From Octopus vulgaris (lineage: Eukaryota): 64,000 bases of DNA. Below are positions 25,857-38,735 of this stretch, piece by piece. Each line of letters starts with the position of its first letter. Within the stretch, counting starts at the first letter, position 1. The stretch spans positions 110,422,001-110,486,000 of the forward strand of contig OX597814.1 in assembly GCA_951406725.2 (NCBI GenBank). The letters are read 5' to 3'. Under the pieces are notes generated by a model. That model did no database searches and was not told the origin of the DNA. It saw only the letters and a list, made by a program, of their open reading frames with translations. The position numbers and the translations under genes were made by a program.

Positions 25857-27639
25857 CTGTAATAACAACAGTAATAAAAACAACACATGACATATCAATA
25901 CGGTACAGAAATTAGTAGGGTAGGGGGTCAGTTATATGACTGATATCGCTTTTATTCACCCTGGAGAAATTGAAGAAGGTCAGAGTGAAATGCTGGCAGC
26001 ATTTGAATTTAAGAACATAAAGGAGTGTATTGTTGAAACCACAAATCACTACATCTTGTACTCTACCATTTCTAATATTCTAACAGCCTGAGGATGAACA
26101 TGATATTAATGGCAATTCAATAATGTGTAGCAAAACTGAAATTAGCAATAAATGAAAGCTTAGTGATAATATATGTATGAAAGAAATATAACATTCAATC
26201 TCAGTGAGGAGAATATAACATTCAATCTCAGTCCTTAATTTCAATTAAGTAAGTGGGTGCCTTTAGATATTTAGTGCATGGTGCATTAGAAATCTAATGT
26301 TGAATGAAATAGGCAGTGTGGAAATAAAAAAATTAATATTAATTTATGACAACTGTTTATACATAAGATTGAAATTTACAGCTGAAGTATTCAGAAAATT
26401 AAATTTTCTCAAATATTTTTGTTGTAAACAGGAGGTAATAAAAAATACTCAAAATTGGATACATTTTTATTAAACATTTTTGTAGTTAAAAAAATGTAAT
26501 TAGAATATTTGGTAAAATATTTGCAATTTTCAATGACAACTAAAATATTATCAAGATTGAAGTTGAATATTTTATGTAAGTGAAGGTATGTAGCCTTATG
26601 GTTAGGGTGTTGCACTCACAACATCAGACCATGGTTTGACTCCCAGACCAGGTGTGTTGTGTTCTTGAGCAAAGCACTTAATTTCAGTTGCTCCAATTCA
26701 CTCAGCTGTAAATGAGTTCCAGCAATAGTTGTGATCCCATTCAGTGGGGAGTGTCTTATATGCCATGAAAATCGGGTTAAGCTCGAGCATTTTGAGCTCT
26801 AAGGCTTATGTCAGACCTAAGCCTAAACCAAGCCAATGTGTGATGGAGAAATCACTTAACAAAGGAATACTTCTCCACATGCCAAATATTTTATAGGGAA
26901 AAAATATTGTATTTTCAAATTAGATTGAAACAATATAAACCTAATAGATTTTTGTCTTATATTTCTGGGTCTGTAATTATATTTAAAAAGTTAAAGGTAT
27001 ATAGAAATGTTTTGATACATTTGACTAAATCCATTTCTCACATCATAGTGTATTTCTCTCAACACTACCTTCTCACAACAAATTCTTTCTGCTCAGCATA
27101 GTGCAACTTCTTTCAGGACTTCACCTAAAGTCATCATTCACTCTCCTAGTTTCTCTTTCAGTGGTGGGGGCTTTTTCACCCTCTATGTCACATAATGACT
27201 TCACTAATACTGGTGGTAAAAAAAAAAGCATCTAGCACACTCAGTAGTTGGCAAATTGAACTGAGACAAAACAGAATTTGAGAAAAATTTTTAACCTTGC
27301 CAATGGCAAGATAACCTCTGTAGTGCTAGTTCCATAAAAATGTGCACCCAGTACACTCTGTAAATTAGTTTCTATAGATGGATACCCCTCCTAACACCAA
27401 CCAAGTCAGACTGAGACATGTGGAACAAGACATGGTACTCTAACTTGTCAGATCCAGTCCAGCATGGAAAGCAGACTAAAATGCTGATGATTATTTCACA
27501 ATTGTCTGTGGAGAGAGATAAGATTTTGACTAATTTATCATTTAGTCAAGAAAACATAAAAGCTGTTTCAAGCTCTCATTGGTTGACAAAGGCACATGCA
27601 TGAGGCTAATAGCATTAATATTAGCGACCTGTTGACTGC

Positions 27640-28203
27640 TTGCGAAGACCTGTTGAGGCAAGTAAAATCAAAATCAAATTCAATGACTGGCGTCCGTGCT
27701 AGTGGTGTGCAAAGAGCACCATAATACAAGTGTGATCATTGACAGAGCGGCTAACCAGCTTCTGTGCCAGTGGCACTTAAAAGGCACCATTCGAGAATGA
27801 TCATTACCGGTGTCGCCTTACTGGCACTCGAGCCCTGTGCTAGTAGGGTATTAAGAGCACCATCCGAGCATGATCATTGCCAGAGTGCTTATCTAGTCGC
27901 CGTGCCAGTGGCACGTAAAAGACACCATTCGAGCATGATTGTTACCAACATCGCCTTACTGGCACCTGTACCGGTGGCATGTGTAAAAGATTCAAGCGAG
28001 GTCATTGCCAGTACCGCCTGACTGGCACGTAAAAGCACCTACTACACTTTCAGAGTGGTTGGCGTTAGGAAGGGCATCCAGCTGTAGAAACTCTGCCAGA
28101 TCAAGATTGAAGCCTGGTGCAGCCATCTGGTTCGCCAGCCCTCAGTCATTTGTCCAACCCATGCCAGCATGGAAAGCGGATGTTAAACGATGATGATGAT
28201 GAT
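27640..28203 (+). mobile_element. RTE 3'-UTR fragment
   Basis: Collinear with 41530-42027 and 61755-62318; (GAT)n end. Confidence 0.85.
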
Positions 28204-29214
28204 GTATCAACCCCAGTACTTAATTGGGTTGATGACTTATTTTATCAACTCCAGAGGGTATTAAAAGCAAAATTAATCTCAATGAATTTAAATTCAGAAT
28301 GTAAAAAGTCAAATAAAACATCACAAAGCATTTTCCCCAACTGTCAATCCACCACCCTCTATTAAGAGTTATAAAAATAATGAAAATGGTGTTAGATAAA
28401 TGTGATATAAAAAGAAAAAAAAATTACAATAGCAGTACAGAAGACATAGGTGTGGTACAATTTGATGATGGACAAATGGTTGAAGAGTGTTTGATAAGAA
28501 AGGTTTGCCTTTTGATAAACCAGATCTTATTTATGGATACAGTCCAAAACTGAAGAGGGCATCATGTAGTGCACCTTCTTAGATATATGGACAGCACTTA
28601 AGTGCAAAGATCTCCTACCTAGTATATGTGTATCACAGAAAAAAAGCATAGATTAACTGCAATCAATATTGGCTGGTATGTAACCAATGAAATAGTATAC
28701 TTGAAAGAAAATTGCATAAAATTTCTTGCCAAACAGTTTTGCCAAATGTTCTAAAATGTAACTAAAAGTTATAAGAAGCTGAGATATCAAACTCTAAGAC
28801 AGAACAACCTCAGGTGCTGCGCACAATTCTGTCAGTCAACTCTGGTAAGACATTTTCATTTTTACAACTTATTCTGTCTTTAATAACCATGAATAATTTT
28901 CATATAAATAACTAAAATATTTTATACAATGAGGACTTTAACTATCACATTTACTATCTCATGTATAGTGTTTTATTCAAACAATTGTTGTACATAGATA
29001 AATAAAAATGTACTGGGTAATATAATATATGTAAACTTATATGTGTCGTTATTCTTATCTTCACACAGCCTAATATTATGTACTACCAACAACAAACTAA
29101 TGACCAAACCTACTAAAAGTTCTAGTGTGAAAATTACAGAAAAATATAACACTATCTGATAAGCAATACTCAAAGTTACAAATAATATTTCATAATAAAA
29201 ACCTAACCATTTAC

Positions 29215-31721
29215 CTTTCATGTGAAAAGCAGAATTGTTTGATGATGAAGATGACTGTGGAAGTTTCAATGGTAAGGTGGTTGTCATTGTGATTTCACTG
29301 TTGCTATTACTTTTCTCAAGAGGTTTTACAATTGATGTAAGACTGGATACAGAATTAGTTTCCTTTACCAAATGGTGTAGCACATTCTTAGGCTGACTTT
29401 TAATGTTTTCACTATCAATTACAGGTTTTAATTTAATTTTGTCTTTAGAAATTTGTCTGAAAGAATCAGCTATTTCACTTGTGTCACCAATAAGCTTAGA
29501 AAAAGAACTCAATGTTTCTAACTCAAACAATTTTTGACTTGTTTGTTCCTTTGCTTGCTGCTCAGCTAATTGTTCTTTTGCTTTCATCTCTGGTTGATTT
29601 TCCTTCACTTTTACCCCAAAGAATTTTTCAGATGTCTTTTGCACATCCAATTGTTTCAGTGTCTCTAGCTCAGAGAAATGTTTTTCTGTTTGAATATCTG
29701 GCAATTGTTTCTTTACCTCTACTGCAAACAACTTGTTTCTTACTGATGGATCAGATGCAGGCACTCTTTGTTGATTTGGTAAATATGCTATTTCTAGATC
29801 TGGTTTCTTTCCTTGCTGTAAATCTGTCAGGTGTTCCACTTGTTGACTACACATATGATCAGTGTTCTGTTGATGTAGCAAATATTCTGTTCTCTTCAAA
29901 TCAAGTAGATGGTTTGTTTCTTGTGGTTGTGGAAGACAGTCTGTGGTCTGTAGATCAAGCATGGAGTCCACACCCTTGAGACCCGATGGATGATCTACTT
30001 TCTGTAAATTAGGCAGGTGATCTACTCTTGGTAGATCAAGAAAGAGGTCCTTTGTCTTTAGATCTGGGTGGCACACAGCTGTTGGTGCTTCTGGACAGCA
30101 TTCGACTGTCGGATCTGGGCAGCACTCTGCTGTCAGTGGATCTGGGTGGTACTCATCTGTTGGTGCCTCTGGATGGTGCTTGACCTTCAGTGCCTCTAGG
30201 TGCTGAACATCTGTTGGTGCCTCTGGGTGCCGCTCAGCTGTCAATGGATCTAGACAATGCTTGGCTGTCAATGGATCTGAGCAATGCTTGGCTGTCAATG
30301 GATCTGGGCGGCACGTGACTGTTGGTGGATTTGGGCAGCGCTCAGCTGTTGGTGCTTCTGGCCAGTGCTTGGCTGTCGATGGATTTGGGTGGTACTCAGC
30401 TTCTGGGTGGCATTCAGCTGTCAATGCCTCTGCCCAGCACTCAGCTGGTGGTGCTTCAGCCTGGTGCTCAGCTGCCGGTGTCTCTGCCTGTTGTTCAGCC
30501 ATTGATGTTTCTGCTTGGTGCTCAGCTGTCAATGGATCTGGCCAGCAGTCAGCTGTTGGTGGATCTGGTTGATGCTCAGATTTCAGTGGATCAGGCCAGC
30601 AATCAGCAGCCGGTGGATTTGGAACATGTTCAGCTGATGGTGGACCTAGAAGGTGCTTTATTATCTGAAGATCTGGCATTTTCTCTCCTGTCTGAAGACC
30701 TAATAATTGACCTTTTGCCTGTAGATCTGAAAGTGCATCCTTTGCTCGTAAACCTGGAAAATTTTCTTTTGTCTGTAAATTTAATTGTTGTGTTTCAATA
30801 TGCAAAGGTAATAGCTGTTTTCCTGACTGAATTTCTGACATTTTCCCAACTGTCTTAATATCAGGTAAATGCTCATTATACAAATTACAGTTTAATCCTT
30901 TAGATAAATTCAGAGTAACTTCCTTATTTACATTAATATTAGTTTGAAAGCTTTCTTTCGCAGATAAAATAATTTGATTATCATTGCTATTAGGAAAATT
31001 ACTTTCCAGTTTCTCACTTTGAAGTGGTAACTTACTCTCACATTCTATTTCTGATATGGAAGAACTAGGAATATTAGAAATGTCAATGTTGGGATTATTC
31101 TCACTACAAATTGATATTGCACACTTATCTTTTGGAATAGTTTCTAGAAAGCTGATAACTCCATCTCTGTTTTTAATATCTTCATTTAGAATGTCAGATT
31201 TCAGAGCACACAGTTCTAAACCTGAAGACATGGCCAAATAAGCCTCAGATTGTTTCACACTTACATCTTCCATAGAAGAAATCAATTTTTCACAATTAGG
31301 TGATTTGTATTCCATTTCTATCTTTCTTACACAATCAACAGTGTTAGAATTCTCAGACAGTTCCAAATGGCTTCCATCTTTGCAGTTTAGTCTGTCTTCA
31401 TTAAGAATCTCCGCTGAAGTTTGATTATCAGATTTAGAATCGTTATTCTTTTTAACCTCAGTCATTTCAAGCTTCTGTAGTTTACTTTCCTTCAAATCAG
31501 CAGCTTGTGATTCTACACAGATCTTTTCTATGTCAGCATTATCTGTACTTATTTGCAGTATTTGCTCAGACACATCACAAGAAGCTTTATTATTTCTATT
31601 TTCTGGTGCCATATTTATTTGTGTTATTTGTTCTACAGTAGGAGTATCATGAGTTGCTTTATCCTTTATTTTACTATGCTTTGGTTCATCTTGTTGCTCA
31701 TGAAATATGCTTTCGGGATTT
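29215..31721 (-). CDS. BRME1: BRME1-like gene coding exon 3 (2507 nt; low-complexity, repeat-containing)
   Basis: The 879-aa ORF frame stays open upstream of its Met to a TCTGTCCAG acceptor (31723-31722); AAG|GTAAAT donor at 29214; phases 2 and 1 fit the flanking exons. Confidence 0.9.
29540..30862 (-). repeat. Coding 27-bp (9-aa) tandem repeat
   Basis: Units such as DPLTAKHCS/DPLTAKHCL/DPLTAERHP/EAPTDEYHP; youngest core about 30060-30650, with diverged DLQxxxxLP-type flanks. Confidence 0.85.
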
Positions 31722-31920
31722 CTGGACAGAATTTGAAACAGAAAATATAAATCAGTTAATTTTCTTTCTTTTTTTATCTTTCAAAATATAATAAAACAAA
31801 GAAAATTTTAGGACTAAAAAGACCTAAGCATTTTGTATAATAAATTTAACATTTTTCATAACTATATTGATAAGAAATTGAGATGACAAGGAAATAAACA
31901 ATTAACTTATGAACTTCATT

Positions 31921-32002
31921 AGCTTACAGCTGTTTCTGCTGTAAGATGCAGTGGACCCATAGTTGAGTGCCTTACTATCATCTTACAGCTTCACTGGAAG
32001 CT
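31921..32002 (-). ncRNA. Hammerhead-like motif with decayed core
   Basis: AGCT-t-CCAGTGA-A[GCTGTAAGATG...CATCTTACAGC]A-GAAAC-AGCT-GTA-AGCT; perfect 11-bp stem II, but the core deviates from CUGAUGA. Confidence 0.5.
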
Positions 32003-32034
32003 CAAACATGAAGTGCAATTTATTTTGAAAAACA

Positions 32035-32072
<38 letters not shown>

Positions 32073-32759
32073 CCCTACTGGTGCTGGCCCCATATAAAAA
32101 GCATCAGTACTGGTCTTGCATAAAAAGCACCCTGTACACAGTGTAAAGTGATCAGCATTAGGAAGAGTATCTAGCCATCAAAACAATGTCAAAACAGACA
32201 ATGGAGCCTAGTATATTTCCCAGCCCAACCCATGACAGCATGGAAAACAGATGTTAAATGATGAGGTTGATGAATATATATATATATGTATGTATGTTGG
32301 GTTATGTTACTGGTACCATGTAACCCAGTACTACTTGTTACATGGTAGGGTCGTCAGCAACTAAACTGGCCCACTCCACCAATTTCACTTGAGGAGGAGG
32401 GTGTGTACTGGACACCCGGCAGGGTTAAAAACAAAACCTGTAAAAGGGTAGAAGAACTGCCAAACCACCTGAGGTGATGGAAGGAGGAGCTGCACTGGGA
32501 CTCAAGCTACAGAGTGACAAGGCCAGCGTGTTGGTGTTTCAGAGAGGGAATGAGATCCCAGAACTGGGCTCAAATACGAGTAGGCAGGAACTGTTTTCTG
32601 TGTGTGGGAAACTGCTGGGACACTACCCGATTGCATGATGGCACCGGACAGCATGCAGCTTCATCAAGAGGCGAGCTGAAGGAGTGAGGTGGAGTGATAA
32701 CATGGGTGAGAAGACAACTGCCATGATGCAAGAAGTCTTGGAGAGTGTGACTGCAGAGG

Positions 32760-34600
32760 ACCCAGTAAGAGGGAACTGTAAGAGGGTATGTGCCCAAATT
32801 GAAGAAGGGGATCATGTGGTGTGATGCCAGCAGCATAGCAACGGAAGTTGTCCTGGAAATTGGAGGTGTTGTGGTGGAGGATACGGCCTGGCTTAAGAAG
32901 AAGGACGACTGCAACCACATCAATGTGGCGGAGCTGGATGCCATGTTGAAAGGGCTGAAACTGGCCCTGAGGTAGGGGCTGCATACCATCGAGATCCAGA
33001 CCAATTTGGCCACTGTACTTAGATGGGTGGGATCAGTGATCATTGGCAAGCGGAGTGTGCAAACCAAAAGGGGTGCAGAGATGCTGATAAAATGCCATTT
33101 GGGAATTCTGGGCAAGCTAGCTGCCAAGTTTAACCTGAGGTTGAGTGTGGTTTTTGTACCCTCTGAGAGGAATAGAGCAGATGTCCTAACCAGAGTAAAG
33201 AAAGCCTGGCTGCAGGTGCCAGAGGATCTGGAGCAAGGAGTGGCTGCAGTGTATCGACTGAGTGACTCGGAGCTGAGGAGATTGCATGCCATGCATCACG
33301 TGGGGGTGGACAGGACTCTGTTCCTTGCCAGGAAAGTTGACTCTGATGTGACTAAGCAGAGTGTGCAAAGAGTAGTTGGGAGCTGTGACAGGTGCCAGTC
33401 CATTGACCCCACTCTGGTGTGCATGAGGCAGGAAGCATTCCAGTGGAACACAACTGGAAACGACTGGCAGTGGACGTCACACACTTCGGGCAGGGGACAC
33501 ACCTCTCGATGGTCGACTACGGACTGGGGTGTTTGGCCATATGGAGAGAAATGAAGACAGATATTCCTAGAATGAGGCCCTGTGGATGAGCTGCTTGTAG
33601 ACAATGGCACTGCATTTCGCTTGGAGGTGCTGGGGAAATGCTTGACAAGTGGCATGTCAGCCGTTTCTTCAGGGCAGTATACCGGCCAAGTGGTAATGGG
33701 GTTGTGGAGAGGCATCATTGTACCATCAAGACCATAGCAGAGAAGGACAACATCTCACTGGTCGAGGCCATTTTTTGGTATAATATGTTACCCAAGACGA
33801 AACAGGCTGAGGTGTCAGTGCCACACAGGGCAATAGTCAAGTAGAAGTGGAGACATCCATGTACCACATCGCCACATCTCGCAGAAGAGAAGGTGCATGC
33901 CTTTGTGCAGGTTGCGGAAGAAGTCTGGGTTAAACCCCCAAATGCATAGTGCACATCACAATGGAAAAAGAGGACAATAACCTCTGGGAATTCGAGGAAC
34001 AATGTGTCTGTAGATGACGTGCCATGACATTTTTTGGATGTGTGCAGGATCATCACTGCGACAGAGGATGGGGCCAACAGTAATGGACAAGAGGACGAAG
34101 CTGGCAGCAACATACCAGGAACTGAAACCAGTCCTGAAGTCTCACAGTAGTAACAGAGGGAGCAGTGCCCTCCTCACTGGTTGGCTGATTAGGTGTCAAT
34201 TTAAGGCATGTGGTCAGGGTTGAAAAGAGGGTGTGGGCAGGTTGGTTGAATGATCTTAAGATCAGGGGGCATGCGAAATTATGAGCCAGGCTGTGTTGTA
34301 GGGAAGGCTCGGAAGTGAGGGAGTATGCATGTCCTGTCGGAAGTGGGGCCTGTGGGTCCCACTGGAAGTGCCGCAGTAGGCATGTGACATCGGGGAAGCA
34401 TGAGGAGTCAGTTGGTGGCGGACAGCACATCAGAGCAAATGTGTGAGACTGTACAGCAATGGATAGTGCATGTGAACATAGAGTGAACCTTGCAGATCAA
34501 GACAGCATGTGGATACTGAAAGTGATCCTTTTTCCGGACCGACAGGTAAGACTACTGTAATTCTCTCTTCGCTTCCATCTTTTACTTCCTTTACATCACA
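32760..34600 (+). mobile_element. Gypsy-type LTR retrotransposon remnant (RNase H, integrase, probable 3' LTR)
   Basis: WCDASS...HINVAELDAM (RNase H); H-x3-H...CDRCQ zinc finger; VDVTH, DNGTAF and GNGVVERHH (DDE integrase); purine tract AGGGGGCA then TG at about 34272, CA end near 34600; multiple stops. Confidence 0.85.
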
Positions 34601-35784
34601 AGAATGATAGTAGAAACATAATTATTGAGTTGAGAGAGAATGGTGGATAGTAATGGAAATGGACAATGATAAGAGATAGTGACTGATGTTGCCGATGGAT
34701 GGCCTGAAGAATAAGTGACGACTAGCAGTGTAGAAAGGCCAATGTTAGAGGGTGACAAAATATTTCAAATATAAAACTCATTTAGTGTTACATATAATTG
34801 TCATGAATTGTATGTAACAATATGTTTTTACTCCCATTTAAGTATTCATTAAAATATTCAATAGCAATCAGTTAATTATGAAAAATTTATATTTAAAACA
34901 TGGGAGAATTAAGTTAATTAATCTATTCATGCAAGTGTGTCATTATTGTTTTCAGCTTCAAAAGACTAGGTAAACACACACACTAAACACACATACACCA
35001 AACACACATACACCAAACACACACACCACCACACCATGTACACATATACCACACACACAAGATGCACACCCACCCACCCAATTTGTAATATGGACCATTA
35101 ATGAGCTAGGAGTGTTTTCTCACAATCAGACTGACAATATAATTGATTCTTTAATGTAACTCTCTTTCCACAGAAAGTCATAGTTCTTCATATACAATAT
35201 ACAATAGTTATGCAAAAATCCACATGTCAGAAAAAACAGGCACTCATATACTGGTTAATAGAGTGAGTATATTATTGTTAATTAAATACAATATTATAGA
35301 TTAATAATGGCCAATTTACCAACTGATTTTGTACCAGGAATTGAGAAAACTATCATCAGAAAAAGCTAAAAGGAATAATATTATGTGGGCTGTTTGTTTC
35401 ACTGGCTGGTGAATTGGTTGTTATTAGATGATATTGTATTTTATTAATAATATGGGATATATGTTCTTTCTTATTTACTCATCCATGTTTGTCATCAGAA
35501 CAAAATTAGTATAGTTGCTTGCTTATTATGAGAATATTACCAATGATGTGATGCAATGTTATCAATAAATATACTTTCTAATAATTTATGCACAAAAAAG
35601 CACCCAGTACACACTGTATAATGGCTGGTGCTAGGAAGGGTATCCATCCATAGAAACTATGTCAAAGATGACACTGGAGCTTGATACAGCCCTGCAGCTC
35701 ACCAGTTCCCTGTCAAACCATCCTAACCATACCAGTATGGAAACAGACAAATAATGATATATATAGAGAGAGAGATATCATCAG

Positions 35785-36667
35785 CACTTCTCTACATGGT
35801 AGTGAGACATGAGCCCCAAATGCAGAGGACATGCAATGGCTGGAGAGGAATGAGGCTTGTATGCTCTGCTGGATGTTTAATGTAAGTGTACATGTTCAAC
35901 AGAATGCTGATGTATTCTGAGAGGGAAATTAAGCGTACGCAAAATTAATGTGCAAGAGAGAAAATTGCACTGGTTTGGTTATATGATGCAGATGGATGCC
36001 AACAGCTCCATAAAGAAGTGCCAATCTCTCAAAGTGAATGGAACACATAGAAGAGGGAGTCACAGGAAGACATGGGACAAAGTTCTGAAGGACAACCTTT
36101 TAGACGAGATAACAAAGAACCAAGAGACCTGGCACTTTGCTGTACTCAAGAAGACCCATCCTCTGCAGCAGACATGTTAAGGCCACACCCCTTGGGGAAG
36201 AGGATTGGCCTGCAAGAGCTGTGTGCCTGTTCCACATGGAAAGCACTTGTGCCAGTTCCACATGGAAAGCACTTGTGCCAGTTCCACATGGAAAGCACTT
36301 GTACCAGTTCCACATGGAAAGCACTTGTGCCAGTTCCACATGGAAAGCACTTGTGCCAGTTCCACATGGAAAGCACTTGTGCCAGTTCCACATGGAAAGC
36401 ACTTGTGCCAGTTCCACATGGAAAGCAATTGTGCCAGTTCCACATGGAAAGCACTTGTGCCAGTTCCACATAAAAGTGTTTGTATGGTGCCATGTTAAAA
36501 GTCCCTTATACACACTGTAATGTGGTTGGCATTAAGAAGGGAATTCAGCCATAGAAACCAAGCCAAATCAGACTAGAACTTGGTGTAGTTCTCCAGCTTG
36601 CCAGCTCTGATCAAACTGTCCAACCCATGCCAGCATGGAAAACATACATTAAAAAGGATGATGATTA
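35785..36667 (+). mobile_element. RTE 3' remnant containing a minisatellite
   Basis: LHWFGYM...RRGSHRKTW, then the 26-bp array and the conserved tail. Confidence 0.8.
36222..36476. repeat. 26-bp minisatellite (GTGCCAGTTCCACATGGAAAGCACTT), about 10 copies
   Basis: Direct reading; nearly identical units with no unique spacers. Confidence 0.97.
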
Positions 36668-37278
36668 TATATATCGTATATCTTTTACTTGTTTCAGTCA
36701 TTTGACTGCGGCCATCATACAAGCGTCACCATCATACAAGCAATATTGTTAGTTTCCAGTCTTTCATGAAATATGTCTAGCTATGAGGAAATATTACCTT
36801 GCTTGATAACAGATAATGGTCAGTGACAGGAAAAATATCTGACCATAGAAAATCTGCCTCACCAAATTCCGTTTGACCCATGCAGGAATAGCATTATATT
36901 GTACTATAGAACAGACCAAGATTTTAGCCAACACCATATAATACAGAGATGTTAACACCTTGTCTTTGGACAGGAAAAGAAGGATAAACCAGTCTAATTT
37001 CAACCCAGGATTTCATCAAAGAATGAATACTCTCCTTAACAGTCCACACAACTCACCATTTCTAAACAAAATATGACTGAGGGCTTAAGTAAATTGAACA
37101 GATCATTTTGCATATTTAATGCATTCTTGACAATTTGATTATCTGGTATATGAATAATGTTTGGTTTCAAAACTATACTATAGAATATGTACATCTATAG
37201 ATATTTAGCTAACACAATGTGACAAATGTAAACACTTTGTTTCTGCATACAATATATTCATGGACAGAAAAAGAGGAA

Positions 37279-37600
37279 TCAGCTAGACTAGTTTCAATCC
37301 TGTGAAGATTTCATCGGTGACTGAATGCCCTCCTCCTCAACTCTCCAACAAAAGACTGCTTATAAACGTAGTATTTCTGAGGGTTTCAAGCAAGCCAGAG
37401 AGCAATTTGCAAATTCAACACATTCTTGACAGCTAGTCCAATAAATATATTATTACTACATTAAATGTAACAAATCGATATTTCTGAATAAATGAAATAT
37501 GCAAATTGGTCTGATAAATCCTCAGTGATGTTTGGACAGTTAAAGAAGGTATTCAGTTACTGATGAGATCCCAACACAAGACTGAAACTAGTTCGGTTGA
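37279..37600. ncRNA. Diverged inverted pair of hammerhead motifs (37279-37324 minus, 37553-37600 plus)
   Basis: Minus: TCAGTCA-CCGATGA-AATC...GATT-GAAAC-TA-GTC-TAGCTGA. Plus: TCAGTTA-CTGATGA-GATC...GACT-GAAAC-TA-GTT-CGGTTGA. Confidence 0.6.
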
Positions 37601-38495
37601 TCCCGTCTTTGATATCTATGAAGTTTCTGTATATAAAGACAAAGTATTTATTACTGTATTCTATACTACAGCATAGCATAATACTTATATTTACTTAAAA
37701 TAAAATATAATTCATAACTGGATTAACACTTCTTCATCCAAATAAACTTTTTCTTGTTTTAAATATTCTTCAATATTTAATTACTCTAATAAAGCACTAA
37801 CAATTATACTGTTCCAAAATTAGATTTCATTTTTAAAATATAAAAGACCAAAAATTAAACAAAATATTTTAATTGACAATAAAATACTCACAGTAATTGA
37901 AAATAAATCAAGGAAAGAAAAAGATTGCAAAATATAAAACTGATGCTGACAAAGTTTTACTCACTTTCTTATTTTTTTACTGTTAATATCTTTAACACTT
38001 TTGTTTCGAGAAGAAAATGCAGGAATAATCTTTTGACTACAATAAATGAATATAAAACTAGTTACTTAATATTTATGCTCAAAAAAATATGCAATAAAGT
38101 CTTTACAAAATATTTTAGTACATTATACTATGTGTGATCATAGAGAGTTATAAATATAATTATCGAAAATAAACCAATAAAAAGTATCTGAAATAGTTGA
38201 TATAGCTAAGTGCTTTGACAATAATTATTTAAGTAAATTAAATTGAAACCTGAACTACAAAGAGCATAATACAAAGTATTTAGTTTTACAACCTTCACTA
38301 TGATTTCATGTGATTTGTTAACTAAAATATTACTACACTTTTATGGCATTTGTACTAATGTGTACTAGTTTTATAGCATTTGTTGATAAACTTCAGAGTT
38401 AGCCAGAGGAAGATACAAAAATAGATAATAGAGAAGGAAGATATATATGGAAACTAAGACTCATAACTGAGAATAGCTTTTGACAAATTCTAATT

Positions 38496-38735
38496 CAGGG
38501 GTTCTCAACCACTTTTTACCCTTTGATTCCTATTTTTACTTGGATAGGCCCTCATAGCCATTTGTTTGAAAAATCTTATTAAATTTTTATAATCAAATAT
38601 CAAGAATTCTATAAAAGAAATTGTTAAAATATTTTGTGAATTGTAGAAGTGTGCCGAATTTAATGCACATGAATCTTAATAAAAAATCTTATATGCACTC
38701 CCAAGAGTCATGTGGACCCCAGTTGAAAACCATTG
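38496..38735. mobile_element. hAT-like MITE
   Basis: CAGGGGTTCTCAAC...GTTGAAAACCATTG imperfect TIRs; TSD decayed. Confidence 0.6.

Noticed and set aside
27640-28060. Repeat-spacer appearance of RTE 3' UTRs
   Set aside because: The linkers are homologous to each other and to other copies, so they are diverged tandem units rather than acquired spacers.
28973-29214. Hydrophobic, membrane-like tail of the 879-aa ORF
   Set aside because: Lies beyond a good donor at 29214 whose phase matches the next exon; best explained as AT-rich intron read-through.
28973-31612. 879-aa ORF as a single-exon gene starting at 31612
   Set aside because: The frame stays open to a splice acceptor at 31722, and compatible upstream exons exist.
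36222-36476. CRISPR-like array
   Set aside because: Head-to-tail units without unique spacers, eukaryotic context, no cas genes.
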